A stretch of 64,000 nt of DNA from Acidobacteriota bacterium (GTDB taxonomy: Bacteria; Acidobacteriota; Thermoanaerobaculia; Gp7-AA8), in NCBI GenBank assembly GCA_019244185.1, contig JAFATB010000012.1, positions 32,001 through 96,000 on the forward strand. Direction: 5' to 3'. Positions 9,129 through 19,329 of this stretch are shown here, in pieces (position 1 is the stretch's first letter; the number at the start of each line of letters is the position of its first letter). The notes beneath the pieces were generated by a model that was not told where the DNA came from, ran no database searches, and saw nothing but the letters and a program-made list of their open reading frames with translations. Made by a program: the position numbers and the translations under genes.

Positions 9129-9695
9129 ATGAGCTCCACGGTCTCCGGAACGGCACTCCTTCCTGCGATCGCACGTGGCGATGTCACGGCGTTCGAGGAG
9201 TTGTACGACCGCCACTCCTCCACGGTCTACGCGATCCTGCTCCGCATCCTCGGCAATGCGCAGGACGCGGAGGAAGTGCTGCAGGAGACGTTCGTCAAAG
9301 CGTGGTCGAGCGCGAAGATGTTCGACGCGCTGCGCGGCAGCGAAGTGGCGTGGCTCATCTCGATCGCGCGCAGCCGCGGCATCGACCGCCTGCGTTCGCG
9401 CAGGATCCGCGTCGAGCGTGAAGACGAAGCGGGACGCGAAGTGGCGATCATCTCCGACGGCGCCGATCGCTCGAACGGCGTCGACCAGGTGATCCGCGCG
9501 CAGGAACGCATCGCCGTCCGCGGCGCGCTCGCCGAACTGCCGGAACCGCAGCGCGTCGCGTTGGAGCTCGCGTACTTTGAGGGGCTGTCGCAGTCGGAGA
9601 TCGCGGCGAAGCTCAACGAGCCGCTCGGCACGATCAAGACGCGCATGCAGCTCGGGATGAAGAAGCTGCGCGACCGGCTACAGGCGTTTCATTAG
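9129..9695 (+). CDS. ECF RNA polymerase sigma factor (SigK-like)
   Basis: AFEELYDR, DAEEVLQETF, WLISIARSRGID, LAYFEGLSQSEIA, PLGTIKTR. Confidence 0.92.
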   Translation: MSSTVSGTALLPAIARGDVTAFEELYDRHSSTVYAILLRILGNAQDAEEVLQETFVKAWSSAKMFDALRGSEVAWLISIARSRGIDRLRSRRIRVEREDEAGREVAIISDGADRSNGVDQVIRAQERIAVRGALAELPEPQRVALELAYFEGLSQSEIAAKLNEPLGTIKTRMQLGMKKLRDRLQAFH

Positions 9696-10465
9696 AGCCC
9701 GACGATGTTGTAGCCGCAGTCGACGAACATCACTTCGCCGGTGATGCCGCTCGACATCGGCGAGACGAGGAACAGCGCGGCGTTGCCGACTTCCTCGAGC
9801 TCGACGTTGCGGCGCAGCGGCGCTTTCTCGGCGTGGTGATGCAGCATGCCGGTGAAGCCTTTGATGCCGCGCGCGGCGAGCGTGTTCACGGGACCGGCGG
9901 AGATCGCGTTGACGCGGACGTTGCGCGGGCCGAGGTTCGCGGCGAGGTAGCGGACGCTCGCTTCGAGCGATGCTTTCGCAACGCCCATGAGGTTGTAGCC
10001 TTCGACCGCTTTTTCGGCACCGTAGTACGTGAGCGCCACGACGGAGCCGCCGCCCGATTTCTCGAACAGCGGCAGCGCGGCTTTGGTGAGCGCGACGAGC
10101 GAGTAGGCGGAGATGTCGTGCGCGAGCTTGAAGCCTTCACGCGAGGTGTTGACGAACTCGTTCTCGAGATCGTCCTTCGGCGCGTATGCGACGGAGTGCA
10201 CGAGGCTGTCGAGGCGTCCGAGCTCGGCGTCGACGCGCCCGAAGACGTCGGCCACTTCGGCGTCATTCGTCACATCGCACGGCAGGAGCAGCGAATCGGG
10301 CAAGGTCGAGGTGAGCGCGGCGACGCTGTCCTTCAGCCGCTCGCCCTGGTACGTGAAGGCGAGTCGCATGCCTTCGCGCGAGAGCGCCTGCGCGATGGCC
10401 CACGCGAGCGAACGCTTGTTCGCCACGCCGAACACGATTCCGGTTTTTCCCTCCAGCAAGCCCAT
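9692..10465 (-). CDS. fabI: Enoyl-ACP reductase
   Basis: GVANKRSLAWAIA, YNLMGVAKASLE, NAISAGPVNTLAA. Confidence 0.95.
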   Translation of the reverse strand: MGLLEGKTGIVFGVANKRSLAWAIAQALSREGMRLAFTYQGERLKDSVAALTSTLPDSLLLPCDVTNDAEVADVFGRVDAELGRLDSLVHSVAYAPKDDLENEFVNTSREGFKLAHDISAYSLVALTKAALPLFEKSGGGSVVALTYYGAEKAVEGYNLMGVAKASLEASVRYLAANLGPRNVRVNAISAGPVNTLAARGIKGFTGMLHHHAEKAPLRRNVELEEVGNAALFLVSPMSSGITGEVMFVDCGYNIVGL

Positions 10466-10512
10466 GAGCCCGACTCCTTCCGCGCCGCATCATAGCAGCG
10501 CGAAACGGCGGC

Positions 10513-10830
10513 TCACGCGCAGTGCCGCGCCACTTCCGCGCCCATCGTGCCGGTGAGCATCTTCCAGAGCATCACGTAGTCGGCGGCGAGCGAGTAGAAC
10601 GGGTGGCCGAACGTGGCGGGCTTGTTGTGCTCGACGAAGAAGTGGCCGTACCACGCGAAGCCGTAGCCGATGAGCGGCGCGCCGAGGAAGAACCACGGAC
10701 TGACGGTGATGCCGAGGACGACGGACGCGAGCGCGAGCAGCGAGCCGGTGGCGTGGAGCAGGCGCGTGCGCGGTCGCGAATGCGCGCGCACGTAATACGG
10801 CCAGAAGTCGGCGAACGAACGGATGTCCAT
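10513..10830 (-). CDS. DUF962/Mpo1-like membrane protein
   Basis: FWPYYVRAH, GYGFAWYGHFFVEHNKPATF motif. Confidence 0.88.
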   Translation of the reverse strand: MDIRSFADFWPYYVRAHSRPRTRLLHATGSLLALASVVLGITVSPWFFLGAPLIGYGFAWYGHFFVEHNKPATFGHPFYSLAADYVMLWKMLTGTMGAEVARHCA

Positions 10831-10868
10831 CGGCGGCCCGGGCGTGATTCTCGCACGACGCTCATGGC

Positions 10869-11111
10869 ATGGCGCAGGATTTCGAATCGCTACTCAAAGA
10901 GGTTTTCGGCGAGCCGCTGAGCCGGCTCACGCAGTTCCAGACCGATCAACTCGGGCGGCTCACGGGCAAGCTGCAGGAGATCGCGCGCGCGGCCGTGCAG
11001 GAAGAGCTCACGCGTCTGCAGACCGAGGTGTCGGAGTTGCGCGCGCGTCTCACGCGGCTCGAAGAAGAGCGTCTGCAGAACGCCGCCGACTCGGTCGAAT
11101 CCGCCGTCTGA
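10869..11111 (+). CDS. Small coiled-coil hypothetical protein
   Basis: 80 aa with heptad pattern ELTRLQTEVSELRARLTRLE. Confidence 0.65.
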   Translation: MAQDFESLLKEVFGEPLSRLTQFQTDQLGRLTGKLQEIARAAVQEELTRLQTEVSELRARLTRLEEERLQNAADSVESAV

Positions 11112-11221
11112 CGCGCGGGCGGCTCCGCGGGCGGCGTTGTGGCTGTATGGAAGTGCGTCCTCCCTCGCCGCGCGTCTCTGTTAGCGTTGCGTCGCACGCA
11201 AAAACGATTGGAGGCGACTGC

Positions 11222-11941
11222 ATGCGGCAATCCACGCTGACGCTGTGTCTCATCGTGCTTCTCGTTTCCGCCGGCTCTGCATTCGGGCAGGCGATCACCG
11301 CGGTCGAACCAGGCTCGTACGACGACGTGAACACCTGCAACGATCAGGGTGCATTCACGAACGTCGCGGGCAATCCGCCGCCGGGCATCATCCTGCAGAA
11401 AGGCTGCACGACGGCGACGTTCGCGTATGCCTACGCGGACATCATCACCCCGCTCGAAGGCGGTCCGGTCAGCGCGCTGACGAGCGCCGGCTTCGACGTG
11501 CTGAACTCGAGCAGTTGCGGGTCCGGCTCGCCGCGCCTCAATCTCGTGCTCAACGGCGGCGCGATCTTCGTCACGGGTCTCGGCTGCGCCTATGGCGCGC
11601 GTGCGGACCTCGGCAACGGCTGGTCGCGCATCACCTTCAGTGCCGCCGACATCGCCACGGCAGTCCTCGCCGCCGGAGGCAGCCCAAGCAGCACGCTCGA
11701 CGACATGTACATCCTGATGGACGAAGGCACCGACACGCCGACGTCTCCGTACAACACGACGCAGGGCACGGCCTTCGTGGTCACGCCCGGCACGTCGTTC
11801 ATCGACAACATCATGATCAACGGCGACGTCGTCGGCGCGCCTGCGGCCGCGGCGCCCGTGCCGACGGCGAGCGAGGCCGGTCTCCTCGCGCTGGCGGGGC
11901 TGCTCGGACTCGCGGCGATCTTCGTGATGCGCCGCGGTTGA
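11222..11941 (+). CDS. Secreted protein with IPTL-CTERM-like sorting signal
   Basis: GGAGG RBS; signal peptide MRQSTLTLCLIVLL; C-terminus VPTASEAGLLALAGLLGLAAIFVMRRG. Confidence 0.82.
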   Translation: MRQSTLTLCLIVLLVSAGSAFGQAITAVEPGSYDDVNTCNDQGAFTNVAGNPPPGIILQKGCTTATFAYAYADIITPLEGGPVSALTSAGFDVLNSSSCGSGSPRLNLVLNGGAIFVTGLGCAYGARADLGNGWSRITFSAADIATAVLAAGGSPSSTLDDMYILMDEGTDTPTSPYNTTQGTAFVVTPGTSFIDNIMINGDVVGAPAAAAPVPTASEAGLLALAGLLGLAAIFVMRRG

Positions 11942-11955
11942 CGGTGTGAACTCCC

Positions 11956-11987
11956 GCTCTCCCCGCGTACGCTCGCGCGGGGAGAGC
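11956..11987. terminator. GC-rich hairpin between convergent genes (terminator or REP-like)
   Basis: gctctccccgcg-N8-cgcggggagagc, 12-bp stem. Confidence 0.65.
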
Positions 11988-12003
11988 CCCGACGCCACGT
12001 TCT

Positions 12004-15000
12004 CTAGAACGCGTAGCCGAGGCTGATGAAGTACGTGAACGCGCGCTCGTGCTCGCGGCGCTGCAGGGGCCAGCCGAGGTCGAAGCGCAGCGGGCCGACC
12101 GGCGAGAGGTAGCGCACGCCGAAGCCGAGGCCGTAGCGCAGCATGTCGAAGCGGATCGTGTCGTCCTTGTAGACGTTACCCGCGTCGGCGAAGAGCGCCC
12201 CGCCGAGACTGGAGACGATCGGGAAGCGGTACTCCGCGTTGAAGAGCAGCAGGCCGCTGCCGCCGAGCGGCAGCACCGGCCCGACTTCCTCGTGCGTCTC
12301 GGGATCGATGCGGCGGAAGAGCGTCGGCTGGCAGATGCCGCTCTTGTCGAAGTCGCGCGGATCGGTGCACAGCGTGCCGAGGAGGTCGGTCATGAAGCCG
12401 CGGTGCGTGGTCTCGCCGCCGGCGGTGAAGCGCTCGGACAGCGGCACGTCGTCGTGCGTGGTGATGCCGTGCGGCTGAATGAGGCCGAGGCGGCCGGAGA
12501 GCGCGAGCACGGTGCGCGTGGAGAGCGGCAGGTAGTACGCGCCCTGCGCGAATTCCTTCGTGAAGTTCGCGTCGGCGGCGAAGAGCGGGAACGCGTACTC
12601 GATCGACGCGCTGGTGAAGAAGCCGCGGTGCGGATCGATGATGTCGTCGCGCGTGTCCCAGAAGAACGTCGGCGTGAGGCTGGAGATGGCGATGTTGAGC
12701 AGCGAGCGGTCGATGCCTTCGACGGGATCGCCGCTGTTGATCGCGTCGCAGACGTCGCCTTCGCGGCAGTCGGAGATCTTGTACTCGTAGCGCACCGACC
12801 AGCGCGTGCGCGTCAGCGCGACTTTCGTGATCTCGATCGACGTACCGCGCTGGAGGATGCGCGTGCCGGGACGCGTGGCGTCGTCGGTCTGGAAGACCTG
12901 CAGTTGCAGCGGCACGTTCCAGCGGCTGATGAACGGCTCGCGGTACGTGATGAACGCTTCCTGTTCTTTCTGCTGGCCGCGGCTGAGGACCGTCTCGATG
13001 CCGAGGTAGCGGCCGGTGCCGAAGAGGTTGCGGTGCGCGGCCGCGAGCGCGACGCGCGGCTCGATCTGCACGCCGTCGCCGACCGTGCCGCGTTGCGCGC
13101 GCAGTCCGACCGAACCGGTCAGCGTGAGGTTGCGTCCTTCCTCCACCTGCAGCACGACGTTGCGATCGCCGACGGTCGTGCCGGCCTGCTCGGGTTGCAC
13201 CTCGACGCGGTTGAAGATACCGAGCGCGTAGAGATTGCGCTGCGCCGCGAGAAGCGCGGTGTAGCTGAACGGCTGGCCCGCGTGGATGTCGGCCGTGCGC
13301 AGCACGACGTCGCGGTCGGTGTACGTGTTGCCGCGCACGGTGACGTCGCCGATGTCCACGTGCGGCCCTTCCGTCACGACATACGTCAGCACCGCCTGCG
13401 TTTTGTCGGTGCTGAGCTCCACCCGTGGGGCAACCTGTACTTCCGTATGGCCGGCGTCGGCGTAGTACGTCTGCAGCGCGACGACGTCGTTGTGCTCGAG
13501 CTGCGGATTGAGCGGATCGCCCGCCTTGAGCACCGGCTTCGGCGCGTTGCCATGTTCTTTCGGATCGATGCCTTCGGTCGTGACGGTGGTGAGGATCGTC
13601 TGCGGACCTTCGGTGATCGGGAAGTCGACGGTCATCGTTCCCGCCGCCTCATTCGGCGTGACCGCCGGCTCCCCGACGGTCGCCTCGGAGAATCCATTGA
13701 GGCGGTAGTACGACTCGAGGGAATCGCGGTCGCCGCTCAGCTGCTCGCGCGTGACGCCGGTGGGGCGGCGGAAGATCGTGGCGACGAGGCGCTTGATGCC
13801 GCCGCTCGGCGACGTGGCCACGAGCTTCTGCAGCGCCTTGTCGGTGACTCTCGCATTGCCGCTGAACGTGACGCCGGCGAGGCGCAGCTTCGGCCCCGGG
13901 CTGACGTTGAACGTCGTCGTCCAGACGTTGCCGGAGAGCGCGCTCTCCGTGTCGACGGCGGCGAGGTAGTAGCCGCGCTCCTGCAGGCCGCGCGTGATGT
14001 CGTCGGCGGCCTTGTCGACCGCGTCCTCGCTGTACTCCTGGTTGCGCGCGAACGGCAGCCACTTGCGGACCATGCTGCGCGGCACGCCTTTGACCGCGAC
14101 CTGCACGGTCGGGCCGACGGTGACGCGGTAGCGCAGCGCGACGGTGTGCGTGGCGGCGTCGTAGGTGTCGCTCACGTACGTGACGTCGGCGCGACGGTAG
14201 CCGCGGCGCAGGAGGAAGTTCTTCATGCGCTCGGCGTCGAAGCGCGCGTCCTGCCGCTCGAACGTTTTTCCGGGACGGCGCTTCATCCGCCCGATCAATT
14301 GCGCGGTGGTGAACGGCGCCGTGTTGCCTTCGATGGTGACGTTGCCGACCTTCGCCAGTGGCCCGGGCGTCACCTCCAGCGTGACGTCGGCGATGTTGCG
14401 CGCGCGGTCGAAGGTCGTCGACGGATCGACGATCGCCTCGAGGTAGCCGTAGCGATGCAGCATGTCCTCGACGGCGAGCGCGCTGTCGTTGACGTCGTCG
14501 AGCGAGAGCACCTCGCCCGGCCGCACCGTGAGCTCGCGCTCGGCGCGCGCGCGGTCGTTGTGTCCGACGCCGCTGATGGTGATGTTGTTCACGCGGTAGT
14601 GAAGGAAGAGCGAGAACGTGAGCACGACGCCGGCGGGATCATTCGCCGCGTCGACGCGGATGTCGCGGAAGTTGCCGGTGCCGAAGAGGTTCTTGATCGA
14701 CGACTGCAGCTCGCGCATGGTGACCGGCTGTCCCGGCTTGAGCGTGACTTCCTGCGCGACCGTAGCGGTGTCGAAGCGCGCGTCGGCGCGGAGGTCGATG
14801 CGCGCGATGGTCTTGCCGTTCGCCGCGCGCGCGTTGACGGCGGTCACCGGCAATGGCGGCGGCGCGGCGACCGGCGCGGTGCTCGTCGCAGTTGCAGCGT
14901 TCGCGACATTCGCCGGCGTCGTCGTGGTCTGTCCCGGCGTGCCGCTGCTGCTGATCGTCGCGGCGGTGGCGTAGTCGTCTTCCTTCGCGTCGCGGAAGCT

Positions 15001-18000
15001 CCAGCGCGCGTCGTAGCGGCGGCGGAAGCGCGCGTCGATGCGGTACTCGTCGGTCTGGTCGCGCGTGAGCTGCAGCGAGTAGTCGCGGCTCACCGTCCAC
15101 TCGAGCACCTGGCGGCTCTGCTGGTTGTCGAGCCAGTAGACGAGGAGGAACCGGATCTTCGGCGAGAGGCGCTTCTCGAACGTGACCTTCGGCCCCGAGC
15201 CGGTGCCGGTTTCGAGCGTGCCGGGGTCGTACGCGAACGAGTCGACGAACGGAAAGACGCGCGCGCCGACGAGATTGACGAGGCTCTGGTAGAGCAGCGA
15301 CTGTCCGACCGCGCCGACCGGCTGCTGCGTGCCGTTGGTCGGTCCCATTCCCAGTCCGCCGAAGCCGAGAATCGAGAAGAGCGTGATGTCGCTCGCGGGA
15401 GGATCGCTGGTGATCGTCGGCGTGATGCGGTCGAGCGTGCCGGTGATGTTCACCGTGACGTCGTACGGTCCCGACTCCGCCTCGGTGCCGAAGCCGTTGA
15501 CCGTGCCTTCGATCGTGACGTCGAAGTAGGGATCGATGCGGAACGGATTCTGGAACGCGACCGTGCCGCGCGAAACGCGGTAGTCGACGTTCTGGATGCG
15601 CACGGTGCCGCCTTCGTCGAGCGTGACTTCGCCGAGGATGACCGGGTTCGCGACGGTGCCGGTCACGTCGAGCGTCGCGCTGCCGGTGACGTCGGCGATG
15701 TTGTTGCGCACGGCGAGCGTGCCGGGCGCGTTGAGGTGCAGGCGCAGGCCGATGCGGTCCTGCCACGTCGCGGCGCTGACGGGCGTCACGCGGTTGCGCG
15801 CGAGGATCACGTTGAGCAGCGTCTGCTGGATGTCGAAGTCGCGGAAGTAGAGCGCGCGCGTGACGTCGACGTCGCCGGTGAGCACGGCCTTGTCGAGATC
15901 GCCAGACAGGAGCAGCGTGAAGTTGCCCTGCACGGTGACGCCCTCGTAGTAGCGCACCGCGACGTCGGTGCCTTGCAGCGTGATGCGCGCCGACTGCGGC
16001 TTGATGCCGTCGAGCAGGATCGCACCGCCCATCACGATCGTGCCGCCGCCGACGGTCGCGCGCAGCTGCTCGATCTCGATGCGGTCGCCGCGGAAGTTGA
16101 GCCGGCCGTTGATCTGGTCGATGAGCTGCGGGAAGCCGGCGAACTTCACCTGCGCGTTTTCGAGCGTCGCGGTGCCGGTGATCTGCGGCGAGGTGAGCGT
16201 GCCGTCGACGCTCATGGCGACGTCCATGTGGCCGTCGGCGCGCAAGCCCGTCGCGAAGAGTTGCAGCAGCGCCGCTTCGACGCGGCCGCGCACGTCGACG
16301 TCGAGCCGCTTCGCACCGATCAGCTCCGCGAAGCCGTTCGCGGTGAACATCGACGTGCCGCTCTGCAACGCGAACGTGTCGAGCTCGACGCGCCCGTTGC
16401 GCAGCGCGATGTGCAGCGGCTGCTGCGTGGAGAACGTCTCGTCGGCGATCTGGAGGTTGAACACCGGAGCCGTTGCGTCGATCGTCAGCGCCTCGATCGG
16501 CGTGAGATGTCCGCCGAGCTTCAGATCGACGACGATGTTGCCCGACGCCGGCAGCGACGCCGTCGCGGGCGAGACGGCGAGCGCGCGCGCGATGTCGGTG
16601 ATCGTCACGCGCACGTTGCCGTCGACCGCGAGATTCGGTCCGACCGCGCCTTCGCCTTCGATCGTGACGATGTCGGCGATGTTGCCGCGCACGACGAGCC
16701 GTCCGTTGCGAATGGCGATGTAGAGCGACGGCGGCGCCGCGCCTGCCGGCAGCGAGAGTCCGCGCAGCGTGGCGTCGTTGAGCGTCGCCTCGACCACGAG
16801 CTCCGGCTGCGCGAACGTGCCCGCGCCGGTCGACTTCAGCACGACGTTGCCGCCGAGGAGATCCTTCAGACTCTCGAGGACCTTCAGCTTCGAGAGGTTG
16901 ATGCTGCTCGAGGTGATGTTGTAGCTGAAGTTCTGGTTGTTGAGATCGACCTCGCCTTCGCCGCGGATCTCGCCGGCCGGCGATTGCACGAGCACGTTCG
17001 TCAGGCGCGCGCGTCCCTGCGTGAACGTGATGTCGGCGCTGGCGAGGTTCACCGGCTCGCCGTAGACGACGCCGTTCTTCACGGCAACCGTGCCGCTGCC
17101 TTCGAGCTGCTGCTTCGTGCCCGACAGCCGCAGCTTGCCGGTGAGATCGCCGCTCACGGGGAACGTGCCGAGGTCGAGGAAGGCGATGATGTCGCCGACC
17201 GGGAAGTTCGTCGCGGCGATGTCGAGGTCGAACGCGACGTTGCCTTTGCCCGGCAGCCAGTGCAGCGTGCCGTTCAGCGCGAGACTCGCATTCGCGCGGC
17301 GCACGTTCACGTTGACGAACGTCGCGCGTCCATCGTCGGGCGTGCCGGCGACGATGAGCCGTCCCGTCGCCAGCCCGTCGCCGATCTTGAGATCGAGTCC
17401 GACGGCGTCGATGGCGCGCTGCGCGGGATAGGCATTCGCGTCGACGGCGATGTCGAAGCGCGGCTTGCCGTTCTCCGGAAACGCGACGGTGCCGCTGAGC
17501 GCGAGCCGCCCCTGCCCGTTCACGAACGACGCGCGCTCGAACGTGAGCGTGCTCGCGTTGCCGTCGTAGCGCAGGTCGATGTCGGAGTCGCCGAGGAGCA
17601 CATTGTTGTACTGCGTCGCGCTGCTGACGATGTGCGCGGCGACCTGCGGCTTGTCGATCGGCCCGCTCACCGTGCCGGTGATCGTCCCGCCGCCGCCGAG
17701 GCCGAGGAGCGTGTAGTCCTTCTTGCCCGCGCTGTGCGCGAAGTTGTAGCCGAGGCGGTCGAGCTCGGAGAAGTCGGCGCTGCGGATCGTGGTCTGGAAG
17801 TTCGTGACGATCTTCTCGATGGCCAGCGTGCCGGTGAGGCTGACGTGCGAGTGATCGGTGTCGAGCTCCGCGCGGCGGAACGTGACCACGCCGTTGTCGA
17901 GCGCGAAGTCGGTGCTGCCGGCGATGCCGATCGGATAGCGCGCGTTCGAGAACGCGACGGCGTCCTTGGACAGCTTCGCGGTGCCTTCGCCCGCGCCTTC

Positions 18001-19284
18001 GAGCACCTTGTCCTTGTTCCAGTGATACGAGAGCTGTCCGGTCGCGGCGGCGCGGATGCCGGTGTTCTCCACCGTCCAGTCGTTGAAGAGCTGTTCGAGC
18101 GCGATTCCGTAGTAACGCAGGTCGACCTGCATCGGATACGGCTCGGCGTATTGCGCGAGCGTGTAGTGAGCGCCGATGGTGCCGCCGCCGTAACCGGCTT
18201 TCGTCACGTCGATGGTTAGGTGGTCGCCGCGCACGTCGAGCGTGCCCTTCGCGTTCGCGAGCGTGTACGCGTCCGCGGTGAGCTTCGGCGTCGTCCAGCC
18301 GCCCTGCAGCGTGAACTCACCCTGCTTGCCGCTGAGACGCCCGTCGAGTGCGAGCGTGCCCGCGAGCACTTTCTCGACGCGGAAGATCTCGCGCACGCGT
18401 TCGAGCGCGATCTGCGAGGTGACGCGCAGGTCGTACACGCCGTCCGCGAGCGGCGCGACGTTGCCGGAGAGAAACGCCTCGATGCCGCGGCCCTTGAGCG
18501 CGACCGAGCGCAGCGCGAGCTTGTTCGGCGTGAAGCGGAAGCCGCCGTGCAGATCGAGATCGAACGGCTCGTAGTCCTGCAGCCGCACGCGCACGAGCGG
18601 GCTGCTCAAAATCCCCTCGTACAGATCCTCGGCACGCGAGATCGTGATCTGCGAGTCGAGCTTCGTGGAGATGGCCGTGATGTCATGCTTGCGGTCGAGG
18701 AAATCGAACGCGCCGTTCGTCACGTACATCTTGCCGATGTCGAGATGCACGATCTCCGTGCGCGACTTCGGGCCGCTCGTCCAGTGCGGGAAGTTGTGCA
18801 CGAGCGGCGAGCCGTTCGGGAAGACTTCGAACCAGAGATGCGGATCGCGCACGTCGACGCGGTCGACTTTGATCGCGCGTCCCCAGAACGACTCGACGCC
18901 GCCGGTGATCTCGATCTGCCGCGCGGTCGCAAAGTACGGCGCCTTGCCGCCCGGCGCGTTGGCGATGCGGAGGTCGTTGAGGATCACGCGCTGCGGCCGC
19001 GTGCGCACGATCGTGACGCTGCCGATCGTGACCTTGCGGCCGAGGTGCGTCTCGAGGGTCTTCTCGATGCGCAGCTTCACGAGGCCGGCGAAGCTCGACG
19101 TACCGAGGTACCACCAGCCGCCGCCGACGAGCACGATGAGCAGAACCGCCGCGACGCCGAAGACCCAGATCAGCGCCTTGAGACACCCCCACATCGGACC
19201 GCGGCGCTGGCGTTCGCGCGCGGAGCGATGGCGCTTCTCCCGCGAGGGAGGCAGCAATGGATCTGCCGGGTCGTTGATGCTCAT
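12004..19284 (-). CDS. TamB/AsmA-like plus POTRA/Omp85 (BamA/TamA) fusion protein, 2426 aa
   Basis: N-terminal TM, beta-rich AsmA-like repeats, DUF490-like region, T/A/P linker, POTRA repeats, barrel motifs ERFTAGGETTHRGF, SPVGPLRFDLG, terminal YFISLGYAF. Confidence 0.9.
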   Translation of the reverse strand: MSINDPADPLLPPSREKRHRSARERQRRGPMWGCLKALIWVFGVAAVLLIVLVGGGWWYLGTSSFAGLVKLRIEKTLETHLGRKVTIGSVTIVRTRPQRVILNDLRIANAPGGKAPYFATARQIEITGGVESFWGRAIKVDRVDVRDPHLWFEVFPNGSPLVHNFPHWTSGPKSRTEIVHLDIGKMYVTNGAFDFLDRKHDITAISTKLDSQITISRAEDLYEGILSSPLVRVRLQDYEPFDLDLHGGFRFTPNKLALRSVALKGRGIEAFLSGNVAPLADGVYDLRVTSQIALERVREIFRVEKVLAGTLALDGRLSGKQGEFTLQGGWTTPKLTADAYTLANAKGTLDVRGDHLTIDVTKAGYGGGTIGAHYTLAQYAEPYPMQVDLRYYGIALEQLFNDWTVENTGIRAAATGQLSYHWNKDKVLEGAGEGTAKLSKDAVAFSNARYPIGIAGSTDFALDNGVVTFRRAELDTDHSHVSLTGTLAIEKIVTNFQTTIRSADFSELDRLGYNFAHSAGKKDYTLLGLGGGGTITGTVSGPIDKPQVAAHIVSSATQYNNVLLGDSDIDLRYDGNASTLTFERASFVNGQGRLALSGTVAFPENGKPRFDIAVDANAYPAQRAIDAVGLDLKIGDGLATGRLIVAGTPDDGRATFVNVNVRRANASLALNGTLHWLPGKGNVAFDLDIAATNFPVGDIIAFLDLGTFPVSGDLTGKLRLSGTKQQLEGSGTVAVKNGVVYGEPVNLASADITFTQGRARLTNVLVQSPAGEIRGEGEVDLNNQNFSYNITSSSINLSKLKVLESLKDLLGGNVVLKSTGAGTFAQPELVVEATLNDATLRGLSLPAGAAPPSLYIAIRNGRLVVRGNIADIVTIEGEGAVGPNLAVDGNVRVTITDIARALAVSPATASLPASGNIVVDLKLGGHLTPIEALTIDATAPVFNLQIADETFSTQQPLHIALRNGRVELDTFALQSGTSMFTANGFAELIGAKRLDVDVRGRVEAALLQLFATGLRADGHMDVAMSVDGTLTSPQITGTATLENAQVKFAGFPQLIDQINGRLNFRGDRIEIEQLRATVGGGTIVMGGAILLDGIKPQSARITLQGTDVAVRYYEGVTVQGNFTLLLSGDLDKAVLTGDVDVTRALYFRDFDIQQTLLNVILARNRVTPVSAATWQDRIGLRLHLNAPGTLAVRNNIADVTGSATLDVTGTVANPVILGEVTLDEGGTVRIQNVDYRVSRGTVAFQNPFRIDPYFDVTIEGTVNGFGTEAESGPYDVTVNITGTLDRITPTITSDPPASDITLFSILGFGGLGMGPTNGTQQPVGAVGQSLLYQSLVNLVGARVFPFVDSFAYDPGTLETGTGSGPKVTFEKRLSPKIRFLLVYWLDNQQSRQVLEWTVSRDYSLQLTRDQTDEYRIDARFRRRYDARWSFRDAKEDDYATAATISSSGTPGQTTTTPANVANAATATSTAPVAAPPPLPVTAVNARAANGKTIARIDLRADARFDTATVAQEVTLKPGQPVTMRELQSSIKNLFGTGNFRDIRVDAANDPAGVVLTFSLFLHYRVNNITISGVGHNDRARAERELTVRPGEVLSLDDVNDSALAVEDMLHRYGYLEAIVDPSTTFDRARNIADVTLEVTPGPLAKVGNVTIEGNTAPFTTAQLIGRMKRRPGKTFERQDARFDAERMKNFLLRRGYRRADVTYVSDTYDAATHTVALRYRVTVGPTVQVAVKGVPRSMVRKWLPFARNQEYSEDAVDKAADDITRGLQERGYYLAAVDTESALSGNVWTTTFNVSPGPKLRLAGVTFSGNARVTDKALQKLVATSPSGGIKRLVATIFRRPTGVTREQLSGDRDSLESYYRLNGFSEATVGEPAVTPNEAAGTMTVDFPITEGPQTILTTVTTEGIDPKEHGNAPKPVLKAGDPLNPQLEHNDVVALQTYYADAGHTEVQVAPRVELSTDKTQAVLTYVVTEGPHVDIGDVTVRGNTYTDRDVVLRTADIHAGQPFSYTALLAAQRNLYALGIFNRVEVQPEQAGTTVGDRNVVLQVEEGRNLTLTGSVGLRAQRGTVGDGVQIEPRVALAAAHRNLFGTGRYLGIETVLSRGQQKEQEAFITYREPFISRWNVPLQLQVFQTDDATRPGTRILQRGTSIEITKVALTRTRWSVRYEYKISDCREGDVCDAINSGDPVEGIDRSLLNIAISSLTPTFFWDTRDDIIDPHRGFFTSASIEYAFPLFAADANFTKEFAQGAYYLPLSTRTVLALSGRLGLIQPHGITTHDDVPLSERFTAGGETTHRGFMTDLLGTLCTDPRDFDKSGICQPTLFRRIDPETHEEVGPVLPLGGSGLLLFNAEYRFPIVSSLGGALFADAGNVYKDDTIRFDMLRYGLGFGVRYLSPVGPLRFDLGWPLQRREHERAFTYFISLGYAF

Positions 19285-19329
19285 TCGTGGGCCGGGAACA
19301 ACCGTGGCGTTTGCTTGCGAACGACGGGC

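Noticed and set aside
12049-18219. 2056-aa plus-strand ORF and other very long antisense ORFs (23522-26875, 29405-33334, 36196-38616)
   Set aside because: Shadows of real genes on the opposite strand, caused by GC-rich codon bias; Arg/Ala-rich with no motifs
19305-19318. TGGCGT-TTGC-TTGC as a sigma-54 promoter
   Set aside because: Spacing is one base short and it points away from the adjacent minus-strand gene
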